Shown here: in pieces, positions 50,671 through 59,352 of the stretch | Numbering within the stretch: position 1 is the stretch's first letter | Layout of the letters: each line of letters opens with the position of its first letter | NCBI GenBank assembly: GCA_035307385.1 | Contig: DATGID010000062.1 | Location: 178,406 to 242,405 of the forward strand | DNA: 64,000 bases | Direction of reading: 5' to 3' | Source of the DNA: Ktedonobacterales bacterium | GTDB taxonomy: Bacteria > Chloroflexota > Ktedonobacteria > Ktedonobacterales > DATBGS01 | The notes under the pieces: generated by a model | Databases searched by the model: none | What the model was told of the DNA's origin: nothing | The model's input: only the letters and a program-made list of their open reading frames with translations | Position numbers and translations under genes: made by a program

Positions 50671-52044
50671 GTGCACGTCATCCAACAACCCCGACGCTTC
50701 CGGCGTCGGGGATGGATTGTCCTGGCAGCATTTTTATTGGCCGTGGTGCTGGTCGTGTCGGTGGGAGCCGCCGTCACCAGCCTCCACGCCCAGGGACAAC
50801 CCCATTATCAATCAGCGGTGGGCACACCCGTCTATCTACCCACCCCAACACCCACACCGAAGAGTTCACACGCCAACGCGGGAGCATCGCTGCCCTCACC
50901 TATTATTGGGCAACCGAGCGCCAGCGCTCCGCCAATCATACCGGCCAATACGGGGATACTCTATGCCGATGCGGCAGGCATTTATCTGCTGACCAGCGGT
51001 ATGGCCGCGCCTGAAAAGCTCAACACGCCCGGCTATACTTCGCTGGTTCCTCCGGTGCTGACCAGCGGCGGCAAACTGCTCTATGCCGGGTCGGCTGGCC
51101 TCTATCTGCTGGATGTGTTCCATACCAGTAACGCAACTCCCCTGCAAATCGCCAGCATCGACCCACAGAAGCAAATCATTGCTTCGATGGCAATGAGCGC
51201 TGATGGGCAGCAGGTCTTCTGGAGCGTCGAGCCACATAACGGCATCGGCACCATTACGCTCTATCAGGCCACACTAACCCCAGCGGGGGTAAGCACGCCG
51301 ACGCTGCTCTATTCACAGCCGACGAACAACTGCCCGTGCTACATGGTCTTTGGGTTGGCAGAGGCAGGCGCGGGCAAAACCAGCAAGTTGCTGCTGACCG
51401 ATAATCTGGGCACGCCCGCCGACCAGGGGACCGGCCTGTGGGCCTTTGACCAGGTTCAGCAGCAGGTGGGGGCACAGGTGCTGGCCGAAGACCAGGGAGA
51501 AGACCCGCTGGTGCTTTCGGCAGATCATACCTTGCTGGCCTACGCCCCAACTACCGGAGAAGTCCCCGAACCGACGGACGGCAGCGTCCCATCTCAAGTG
51601 GGAAGCCAGCCGTTCGGAAACAGCATGGCAATTGTCAGCGCGGCAAGCAGCGGCTCGGCCAAACCTGTTACCATCGTTTCTCCCCAGACCAACGTCCGCA
51701 GCTTCTCGGCGTACCACTGGATTACCACGCCAACCTTTTCACCCGATAACCAATCGATTGCCTACATCCAGTTTTCTTCAGACGATACCGGCCCGTATGA
51801 CCGGCACAGTTCGCTCTATGTAGCTTCCACCAAAGGCGGCGCACCAAAGGTCGTGGCGAACTTCAGCGCGCAGTTGGTGGAACTGGGAAGCTGGCTCGAC
51901 AGCCACACCCTCTTGCTGTATGCCGATAAGGGCATTTATGCGCTCGACACCCAGACGGCGGCTATCTCGCTGTTGTCTGTCGTCCAGAACTACAGCCGCA
52001 TGGTGGGAGTAGTCGCGTTGCCCAGCGATATGTCGGGCGCTTAG
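50671..52044 (+). CDS. secreted/anchored beta-propeller repeat protein (TolB/WD40-like)
   Basis: GTG start. N-terminal anchor (WIVLAAFLLAVVLVV), a Pro/Thr linker, then repeated blades (e.g. DGQQVFWSV, DNQSIAYIQF). Confidence 0.55.
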   Translation: MHVIQQPRRFRRRGWIVLAAFLLAVVLVVSVGAAVTSLHAQGQPHYQSAVGTPVYLPTPTPTPKSSHANAGASLPSPIIGQPSASAPPIIPANTGILYADAAGIYLLTSGMAAPEKLNTPGYTSLVPPVLTSGGKLLYAGSAGLYLLDVFHTSNATPLQIASIDPQKQIIASMAMSADGQQVFWSVEPHNGIGTITLYQATLTPAGVSTPTLLYSQPTNNCPCYMVFGLAEAGAGKTSKLLLTDNLGTPADQGTGLWAFDQVQQQVGAQVLAEDQGEDPLVLSADHTLLAYAPTTGEVPEPTDGSVPSQVGSQPFGNSMAIVSAASSGSAKPVTIVSPQTNVRSFSAYHWITTPTFSPDNQSIAYIQFSSDDTGPYDRHSSLYVASTKGGAPKVVANFSAQLVELGSWLDSHTLLLYADKGIYALDTQTAAISLLSVVQNYSRMVGVVALPSDMSGA

Positions 52045-52877
52045 TCGCCCGACGCCCCAGGCGGCTGTGTTTCTTGCCCGATGATCCGCTCAATCGCGGT
52101 CTCATCCACGCCTGGGCCAGTCCCCGGCTGCTTTGCCAGCCAGAGCAAATACTCGCGGTTGCCATCCCGTCCGGTGATTGGCGAGGCAACCAGGCCCAGC
52201 GGGAACAGCGGCGGATTGTGGGCACGCACCCAGCCAATCAGCGTCAGCAGCACGCGGCGGCGCACCTGCGGGTCGCTGATGACGCCCGCGCCGCGATCAG
52301 CTTCGGCCTTGCCCGCCTCAAACTGTGGCTTCACCAATGCCACCATCCAGGCGTCAGGCGTCGTCAACGCGGCCACGCGGGGCAGCACCTGCCGCAGCGA
52401 AATAAACGAGACATCGATGACGGCGCACTGCGCCGCTTCGGGCAACTGCTCCAAATAGCGAATATTCGTGCGCTCCATCACGACGACGCGCGCGTCGTTG
52501 CGCAGCGCCCAGGCAAGCTGCCCTTGGCCGACATCGACCGCGTAAACCTGGCGCGCGCCGCGCTGAAGCAAGACATCCGTAAAGCCGCCAGTGGACGCGC
52601 CCACATCCAGGCAGAGCAGACCAGCCGGACTGAGGCCAAAGGCATCCAGCGCCCGCTCCAGCTTGAGGCCGCCCCGACTGGCATAGCGCAGTTCCCCTCG
52701 GCTATCGCGCACCTCACACGGCGCATCTTCGGCCACCAGCGCGCCCGCTTTATCGACCACGCGCCCACCCATCGTCACCTGGCCCGCCATAATCAGCGCT
52801 CTGGCGCGCTCGCGGCTGGGAGCCAGCCCGCGCTTCACCAGCAATTGATCGAGGCGTTCTTTTTTGCTTGCCGCCAT
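52041..52877 (-). CDS. tlyA: TlyA-family rRNA (cytidine-2'-O)-methyltransferase (S4 + FtsJ domains)
   Basis: The S4 RNA-binding N-terminus is RLDQLLVKRGLAPSRERARALIMAGQV. The FtsJ-like SAM methyltransferase domain carries LDVGASTGGFTDVLL. Start at 52877 with RBS GAAAGGAGG. Confidence 0.8.
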   Translation of the reverse strand: MAASKKERLDQLLVKRGLAPSRERARALIMAGQVTMGGRVVDKAGALVAEDAPCEVRDSRGELRYASRGGLKLERALDAFGLSPAGLLCLDVGASTGGFTDVLLQRGARQVYAVDVGQGQLAWALRNDARVVVMERTNIRYLEQLPEAAQCAVIDVSFISLRQVLPRVAALTTPDAWMVALVKPQFEAGKAEADRGAGVISDPQVRRRVLLTLIGWVRAHNPPLFPLGLVASPITGRDGNREYLLWLAKQPGTGPGVDETAIERIIGQETQPPGASGD

Positions 52878-53180
52878 GGCATACCTCCTTTCTTCAGAGT
52901 AGCACATGTTTCAACCATGCAAACACAGGCCAGGCGTACCCGCTTGTAGCGCCGCCGTCCCTGGCGGCTAACCGCTGGAATGCCACCACCGCAGGCTTCA
53001 GTGTCCAACGTTTGTGTTGGCGAAGCGTCTTGCCGCCAGGGACAGCGGCGCTACAAGCGGAAGACACGGCGGATTCCTCTTGACCAGCTCTATCAGGCTA
53101 GCTATACTCTCTACAGTCTCTACACTCTCTACGGTTCCTCCATGTAAGAGCGTTCGCCGTCGAATTGAGGAGGTCATCCC

Positions 53181-54773
53181 ATGAGCGTTTCCATCAACGT
53201 CCCTCAAATCGTGCTTCCAGACACGTATAATGCAGCCTCCACCTTCTTAGACCGCAACGTCGAAGAAGGGCACGGCGAGCGCATCGCCGTCTATTACGAA
53301 GACCAGCAGTGGACCTATCACCAGATGCAGGCGTTGGCAAACCGCGTTGGCAACGGCCTGCGCGGCCTCGGCATCGAGATGGAGCAGCGCGTGGCTTTGC
53401 TGCTGCTCGATTCGCCCCGGCTGGCCGCCGCGTTTTTGGGGGCGATCAAGCTCGGCGCAGTGCCTATCCCTATCAACACCTCGCTGCGTCCAGCCGATTA
53501 CGTCTATATCCTCAACGACAGCCGCGCAAAGGTGCTCGTCATCGATGCCGCGCTCTGGCCGCAGATTGCGGGCATCCAGAGCCAGCTTCAATACGTGCGC
53601 CAGGTCGTTGTCGTGGGGCGCGATACACTGGACGCTGATCAGAGATCAGCAGGCTTGCTTGATTTCGAGGAGTGGATTGCCGACGCCTCCGACGCGCTGG
53701 CCGCCGCGCCCACCAGCAAAGATGACGCCGCCTTCTGGCTCTACAGTTCCGGCAGCACCGGCTTTCCCAAGGGCTGCGTACACCTCCAGCATGATATGCT
53801 TGTCTGCACCGAACTCTACGCCCGCCCGTTCCTCAACATCAGCCAAGACGACATCACCTTTTCCGGGGCCAAGCTCTATTTTGCCTATGGCCTGGGCAAC
53901 AACCTCTATTTCCCCTTTGCCGAAGGCGCTGCCGCCGTCTATTATCCGGGCCGCCCCATTGGCGAAGACCTCTTCAAAGTCATTGACCGCTACCACCCAA
54001 CCATCTTTTACGCCGTGCCGACGCAGTATGCCTCTATGCTCGCCATCCCCGACGCGGAAAAGCGCTTCAACTGCTCATCGCTGCGCGTCTGCGTCTCCGC
54101 TGGGGAGCCGCTGCCCGCCGAACTGTATCGGCGCTGGAAAGAGCGCTTTGGCGTGGAGATTCTCGATGGCATCGGCAGCACCGAAATCTGCCACATTTTC
54201 ATCTCCAATCGCCAGGGCGAGGTGCGCCCCGGCAGTTCGGGTAAAGTCGTGCCAGGCTACGAGGCCAGGATTGTCGACGAGCAGGGCCAGATGGTTCCTC
54301 AGGGCGACATCGGCAACCTGCTGATTAAAGGCGACAGCACCTGCGCCTACTACTGGAACAAGCACGAAAAGACGAAACAGACTATTCAGGGCGAATGGAT
54401 TCAGACCGGCGACAAATATTACCAGGACGAAGAGGGCTATTTGTGGTATGCTGGCCGGTCAGATGATATGCTAAAGGTGGGCGGGCAGTGGGTCTCGCCA
54501 ATCGAAGTCGAATCGGCCCTGATTATGCATCCTGCTGTTCTGGAGGCCGCCGTGGTGGGCCACGCCGACGCCGATGGACTCATCAAGCCCAAAGCCTACG
54601 TCGTGCTTCAGCCGAGACAGACGGCCAGCGATGCTCTGATCGATGAGTTGAAAGCGTTCGTAAAAGATCGGCTGGCGGCCTTCAAGTATCCGCGCTGGAT
54701 TGAATGCGTGGCCGAACTGCCCAAGACAGCCACCGGCAAGATTCAGCGCTACAAACTGCGCGAACAGGCATAG
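53181..54773 (+). CDS. AMP-dependent synthetase/ligase, benzoate/aryl-CoA ligase-like
   Basis: The AMP-binding motif WLYSSGSTGFPKGCVH is present. The overall architecture, including the C-terminal lysine region, resembles the benzoate-CoA ligase family. Confidence 0.8.
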   Translation: MSVSINVPQIVLPDTYNAASTFLDRNVEEGHGERIAVYYEDQQWTYHQMQALANRVGNGLRGLGIEMEQRVALLLLDSPRLAAAFLGAIKLGAVPIPINTSLRPADYVYILNDSRAKVLVIDAALWPQIAGIQSQLQYVRQVVVVGRDTLDADQRSAGLLDFEEWIADASDALAAAPTSKDDAAFWLYSSGSTGFPKGCVHLQHDMLVCTELYARPFLNISQDDITFSGAKLYFAYGLGNNLYFPFAEGAAAVYYPGRPIGEDLFKVIDRYHPTIFYAVPTQYASMLAIPDAEKRFNCSSLRVCVSAGEPLPAELYRRWKERFGVEILDGIGSTEICHIFISNRQGEVRPGSSGKVVPGYEARIVDEQGQMVPQGDIGNLLIKGDSTCAYYWNKHEKTKQTIQGEWIQTGDKYYQDEEGYLWYAGRSDDMLKVGGQWVSPIEVESALIMHPAVLEAAVVGHADADGLIKPKAYVVLQPRQTASDALIDELKAFVKDRLAAFKYPRWIECVAELPKTATGKIQRYKLREQA

Positions 54774-54789
54774 AGAGCAAGGCAACACC

Positions 54790-55611
54790 GTGATAAATCA
54801 GGTGCGAGCGTTTGATGCCGTCGAAGCCAACTGGTGCGCGGCCTGGCTCACGCTGGGCATGCTGGACATGCCGCCGCGCTCGTTGGCGGAAGACACCAGC
54901 GAATGGGTGCGCGTCGTCACGCCGGAGGGGCCAGAACTGCTGCTCAACAACATCCTGCGCTTTCATCCTGATGGGCCGGTCACGCCCCAGGCGGTGGAGC
55001 ACGCCATCGCGCCCTATCGCAAATATCACCTGCCCTTTCAGTGGTGGCTGACGCCCAACGGCAACCCTCCTGGCCTGGCAGCCGAACTGCGGCGGCTAGG
55101 TATGTACCCATGGGGCAACGCCACCGCCATGGCCTTATCATTGGATGGCTGGGAGCCTCCGGCACGAGTGCGCCAGCATCGCAGCGTCAGGGTGCGACGC
55201 TTGCCAATGGAGGACGAGGAGGGCCGCTGGCGCGCACTCAATGTGATCTGCACTGTGTTTGATGTTCCGCGCGTCCACATGGCCCGCTGGTGCAGCATCA
55301 ACCCCTGCTTTCGTATGTATCTGGCGGAACTGGACGGTCAGCCCGCCGCCGCTATGGCCCTCTTGCCCCAGGGCGAGATCGCCGGTTTATATCATGTGGC
55401 AACCCTGAGCGCCTATCGGCGGCAGGGCATCGCCGCGCGCATGATCGTGCAGGGATTGCAAGAGGCGCAAGGGGATGGCGCGCACATTGCTGTCTTGACC
55501 GCCACGCCAGAAGGCGAACATCTCTATGAGATGCTCGGATACGAAGCTTGCGGCGTCATTGAACAATGGATGCCTGGCGGCTCTCTGCTTTCTAAGCTCT
55601 ATTATGGATAA
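54790..55611 (+). CDS. GNAT-family N-acetyltransferase
   Basis: GNAT motif A is RRQGIAARMIVQGLQEAQ. The start is uncertain: a GTG at 54790 was chosen because the longer ATG-initiated ORF overlaps the ligase gene. Confidence 0.5.
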   Translation: MINQVRAFDAVEANWCAAWLTLGMLDMPPRSLAEDTSEWVRVVTPEGPELLLNNILRFHPDGPVTPQAVEHAIAPYRKYHLPFQWWLTPNGNPPGLAAELRRLGMYPWGNATAMALSLDGWEPPARVRQHRSVRVRRLPMEDEEGRWRALNVICTVFDVPRVHMARWCSINPCFRMYLAELDGQPAAAMALLPQGEIAGLYHVATLSAYRRQGIAARMIVQGLQEAQGDGAHIAVLTATPEGEHLYEMLGYEACGVIEQWMPGGSLLSKLYYG

Positions 55612-56458
55612 GGACGGCACAACACAGCCCATGAGCACCCCACCCGAACAGACCACCCCGGTTTCCGGCGCGCAGACCACGCCCGCCACTCCGCTGGCCG
55701 CTCATCGGGTCAGCCTGCAAGAAGCGGGGCACACGGCGCGCATCAGCATCAATCCGCCGCTGGACGTTGGCACGCTGGCCGAACTGGCGCACCTGCTCGA
55801 CGCCTGGAACGCGCCGTCTGGCCTGAAGGCGGTGGTGCTGGACCTCACCGCCTGCGGCAGCAGCCCAAGCGCTGGCAGCCCCGATGGCACGGCCAGCAAG
55901 GGGCTGCTGGAGAACCGCCAGGGGCGCGTGCGCGAACGCGCGCTGACGGTGGCGCAAGAGCGCGTCCTGGCAGCGTTGCAGCGTCTCCAAGCGCCGATTC
56001 TGGGCATCGCTGCGGGCATCGTTCCGTCGCTGGGCTGCATCTTGCTTTCGGCGTGTGATTTGCTGCTGGCGGCTGAAGATGCCTGCTTTGTGCGCGAAGG
56101 CGGGGCAGGGCTTGCCTATCATGCCGCGCCAGCGCGCATGGGAACTACCGGCGCTCTTCCCGAACGCATCAGCGCCCACCAGGCGTATCGCCAGGGACTG
56201 ATAAGCTGGCTGGCCCCAGCCGGACAACTGGCCGCCGAAACTGACCGCGGGCTGGCGCTGCTGCTGGATAAAAGCGCTGTGGCCCTGGCGCTGACCAAGC
56301 GTGCCTTCCTGCTGGGGATAACCCAGCCGAAAGAGCCAGGGCAGGCGCTGGCAAAGATCGGCGAGCTTTATCTGCATGAACTGATGGCAACCGCCGATGC
56401 CCTGGAAGGTCTGAACGCCTTCCTGGAAAAACGCTCTCCCAGGTGGAAAGAAGCATGA
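55604..56458 (+). CDS. enoyl-CoA hydratase/isomerase (crotonase) family protein
   Basis: Crotonase-fold features are APILGIAAGIVPSLGCILLSACDLLLAAEDACF and the C-terminal ..EGLNAFLEKRSPRWK. Confidence 0.7.
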   Translation: MDKDGTTQPMSTPPEQTTPVSGAQTTPATPLAAHRVSLQEAGHTARISINPPLDVGTLAELAHLLDAWNAPSGLKAVVLDLTACGSSPSAGSPDGTASKGLLENRQGRVRERALTVAQERVLAALQRLQAPILGIAAGIVPSLGCILLSACDLLLAAEDACFVREGGAGLAYHAAPARMGTTGALPERISAHQAYRQGLISWLAPAGQLAAETDRGLALLLDKSAVALALTKRAFLLGITQPKEPGQALAKIGELYLHELMATADALEGLNAFLEKRSPRWKEA

Positions 56459-57375
56459 CAGGTAACAAGCTGATGTCCTTGCGCGAGGCGATTGAACGCT
56501 TCGTGCCCGATGGCGCTTCGGTAGCGTTGGGGCTGGCGCTGGAGGCGCTTATCCCTTTTGCCGCCGGGCACGAGATCATGCGCCAGCGGCGGCGCGATCT
56601 GACCCTGATTGGCCCCATTTCCGATATGCTCTTCGATCAGATGATCGGCGCGGGCTGTGTGCGCAAAGTGCAGGCGGCCTGGGTGGGTAACGTCAGCGAA
56701 GGGCTGGCGCATAACTACCGGCGCGCCGTCGAGCAAGACATTCCGCACCCGCTCATCGTCGAAGAACATAGCAATTTCAGCATCGCGCTCAGTCTGCTGG
56801 CGGCTGGCCTGGGCGCGCCCTATCTGCCAACAAAAACCTTGCTGGGCAGCGATATCCCGCGCCAGAATCCCACCTTCCGCCAGGGAACTGACCCCTGGAG
56901 CGGCGACCCGCTGCTGCTGGTGCCAGCCATCCGGCCCGACATCGCGGTTCTGCACGCGCAGCGTGCCGACGCCGAAGGCAACGCGCACATCTGGGGCAGC
57001 CTGGGCATCTGCGAAGAAGCCGCAATGGCTGCCCAGGGCATTATTCTGGTGGCTGAGGAGATCGTCTCGCGCGAAACGATTCTGAGCGACCCCAATCGCG
57101 TGCTGACGCCAGCGGTCAAGGTGCTGGCCGTCGTCCACGAGCCAGGAGGAGCGCACCCCGCGCCCGTGCAAGGCTATTATAACCGCGACCACGCCGCCTT
57201 CCGCGAATATCACACCCAGACGCGCAGTGTGGAAGGCTTCGAGCAGTGGCTGGCGGAATGGGTGACGGGCGTTGCCAATCGCCAGGAATATCTGGCGCAT
57301 CTTGGCGCAGAGCGCTGGAACGGCCAGGCCGTCAAAACCCATCGCTACGCCGCGCCCACCGATTACGGCTACTGA
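56455..57375 (+). CDS. CoA-transferase subunit A (3-oxoacid/glutaconate CoA-transferase family I)
   Basis: The N-terminal MSLREAIERFVPDGASVALG is typical of family I subunit A. Confidence 0.8.
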   Translation: MTGNKLMSLREAIERFVPDGASVALGLALEALIPFAAGHEIMRQRRRDLTLIGPISDMLFDQMIGAGCVRKVQAAWVGNVSEGLAHNYRRAVEQDIPHPLIVEEHSNFSIALSLLAAGLGAPYLPTKTLLGSDIPRQNPTFRQGTDPWSGDPLLLVPAIRPDIAVLHAQRADAEGNAHIWGSLGICEEAAMAAQGIILVAEEIVSRETILSDPNRVLTPAVKVLAVVHEPGGAHPAPVQGYYNRDHAAFREYHTQTRSVEGFEQWLAEWVTGVANRQEYLAHLGAERWNGQAVKTHRYAAPTDYGY

Positions 57376-57399
57376 GCCACCAACAGAGGAGCCGCTGCC

Positions 57400-58161
57400 A
57401 TGCCTGACTATACGCCCCAGGAATTGATGGTTGTCTGTGCCGCCCGCGAGATTCACGAGGGCGAGGTGGTTTTTGTTGGCATGCGCCTGCCCTTGCTGGC
57501 GTTCGCGCTGGCAAAGCGCACCCATGCCCCCGGCGCCATCGGTCTCTTTGAAAACGGCCTGATGCGCGACAGCCCCTCCACCGAACTGCTCTATACCATG
57601 GGCGACGCGCCCAATATCCTGGGCGCGCAGTGGGCCACGCGCATGCTCAACGTCATGGGCCTGCTGGCACAAGGGCGCGCCAATCTTGGCTTCATCGGCG
57701 GCGCGGAAATAGACCGCTTCGGCAATCTGAACACCTCGCGCATCGGCGATTGGCAGCATCCCACCGTCAAGTTGCCCGGCAGCGGCGGCGGGGCCGACAT
57801 TGCCTCCCTGGCAGGACGGCTCGCGGTGATTCTGGCGCACGACAAGCGCCGTTTCCGCGAGCGCGTGGATTTTGTCACCAGCGCGGGCAATGGCGAAGGC
57901 GGCACCTGGCGCAAGCGGGTTGGCTTGCCGCGCGGCAGACCCAGCGCCGTCATCACGACGCTTGGCGTGCTGGGCTTTGACGCCGAAACCGGGGAAGCGT
58001 TTTTGCGCTCCTACCACCCCTTCACCAGCGCCGAAGAAGTACAAGACAACACCGGCTGGCCGCTGCACCTTGCGCCTGATCTCGCGCCTACGCCAGCCCC
58101 CACTGCCGATGAACTGCGCATCATCCGCGAATGCGACCCGCAGGGCTTCTGGACCCGCTAG
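57400..58161 (+). CDS. CoA-transferase subunit B
   Basis: Subunit B-like sequence with the GxxxG region (FVGMRLPLLAFALA), encoded immediately after subunit A. Confidence 0.8.
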   Translation: MPDYTPQELMVVCAAREIHEGEVVFVGMRLPLLAFALAKRTHAPGAIGLFENGLMRDSPSTELLYTMGDAPNILGAQWATRMLNVMGLLAQGRANLGFIGGAEIDRFGNLNTSRIGDWQHPTVKLPGSGGGADIASLAGRLAVILAHDKRRFRERVDFVTSAGNGEGGTWRKRVGLPRGRPSAVITTLGVLGFDAETGEAFLRSYHPFTSAEEVQDNTGWPLHLAPDLAPTPAPTADELRIIRECDPQGFWTR

Positions 58162-58180
58162 CAGAAAAGCGGCGAAAAGG

Positions 58181-58236
58181 CAAGACAAAGTGAGGAGAGA
58201 AGCGCTTTTACGCGCTTCTCTCCTCACTTTGTCTTG
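58181..58236. terminator. perfect 25-bp-stem hairpin between convergent genes (bidirectional terminator candidate)
   Basis: CAAGACAAAGTGAGGAGAGAAGCGC - TTTTAC - GCGCTTCTCTCCTCACTTTGTCTTG. Confidence 0.55.
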
Positions 58237-58254
58237 AAGCGTCAAGCGGGAGGC

Positions 58255-58956
58255 TTAGCGCCCACGCGCGCGACGAATGCGCGCGGCAGCGGCAAAGCCA
58301 CCGGCAATGAAGACCAGCGAGAGCAAAGCAACCATAATCAGCGCCAGCATCCCACCGTTCTGAATGCCGCTTTGTGGGCCGCTGCCTGGACCACCGCCGG
58401 TTCCTGGCGGGCTGCACGGCACACCGCTGGTCGGCGTTCCGTTACACGGCGGCAGCGTAGGCGTGGGCGTACTGCCTGGAGTCCCGCCATTGGAAGACTG
58501 TGTCGGCGTCGGTGAAGGTGCTGGAGGCGTTGTTGGCGTCGGCGTCGGCGGCACAGGGGTCGGCGACGGGGTTGGCGAGGGATTGGGCGCCGAAGTTGGT
58601 GTCGGCGTCGGATTGGGTGCTGATGACGTTGGCGTCGGCGAGGGATTGGGCGCCGAAGTTGGTGTCGGGGTTGGCGATGGGTTCACCACCTGAGTGGGCG
58701 TCGGCGCTGGTGCTGCTGCCGTTGGCGTCGGCGTGGGCGAACCCAACAGGTTGATATTCGCTCCCGCGGTAGCAGTAGCATTCACACTGACAGTCTGCCC
58801 AGGAGTGTTACCCGCCACAGCCACCAGCGCAAAACAGCATGCGAGCAGCAGACCGGCCACAATGATAAAGATAATGGCAAGATTGCGTACCCCACCCTGA
58901 CTCCCAAAAAAACTGGCTATATTCCTACAAAGCTGCCTTATCATGACGACCTCCAA
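58255..58956 (-). CDS. Pro/Thr-rich repeat surface protein with an N-terminal TM anchor and a C-terminal TM helix
   Basis: Repeats of [12 protein letters not shown]. The Cys-containing segment is [18 protein letters not shown]. Hydrophobic helices at both ends. Confidence 0.55.
   Translation of the reverse strand: MEVVMIRQLCRNIASFFGSQGGVRNLAIIFIIVAGLLLACCFALVAVAGNTPGQTVSVNATATAGANINLLGSPTPTPTAAAPAPTPTQVVNPSPTPTPTSAPNPSPTPTSSAPNPTPTPTSAPNPSPTPSPTPVPPTPTPTTPPAPSPTPTQSSNGGTPGSTPTPTLPPCNGTPTSGVPCSPPGTGGGPGSGPQSGIQNGGMLALIMVALLSLVFIAGGFAAAARIRRARGR
58574..58699. repeat. 63-bp tandem direct repeat (two copies) inside the PT-rich gene
   Basis: GGCGAGGGATTGGGCGCCGAAGTTGGTGTCGG recurs at 58574 and 58637. 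It encodes the 21-aa PT repeats. Confidence 0.5.
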
Positions 58957-59352
58957 TACAACCTATCAGGCAAATTTGGCCTATTCATTCCCCTACCCAC
59001 CTGCCTGAATTCATACAGAGTGGCCCTGATCTGTTCCCCCAAGCCCGCTTAGTATAGCGCAGCCTGCCGGAAAAAGCTAGCCCTCCTGCCCGCTTTTCCT
59101 ACTGCATTACCTACTGCCTCTGCAACCAGTCGGGCCGCCTGGAGCCTCTTGTGTGCTATAATGACTGTGAATTGATAAGGACGAACCAACTGCAACAATC
59201 GTCTGTACCCATTCGTTGATAGACGTGGGCAGGAATATCAGATGTATGATTTCCAACCTGCCCGCAAGCAACATGAACCTTCTATAATCAGACAACGAGC
59301 GAAACGCCAAATCGTCCCGCTGCTGCACGAAATAAAGGGGTGATTGCCACCA

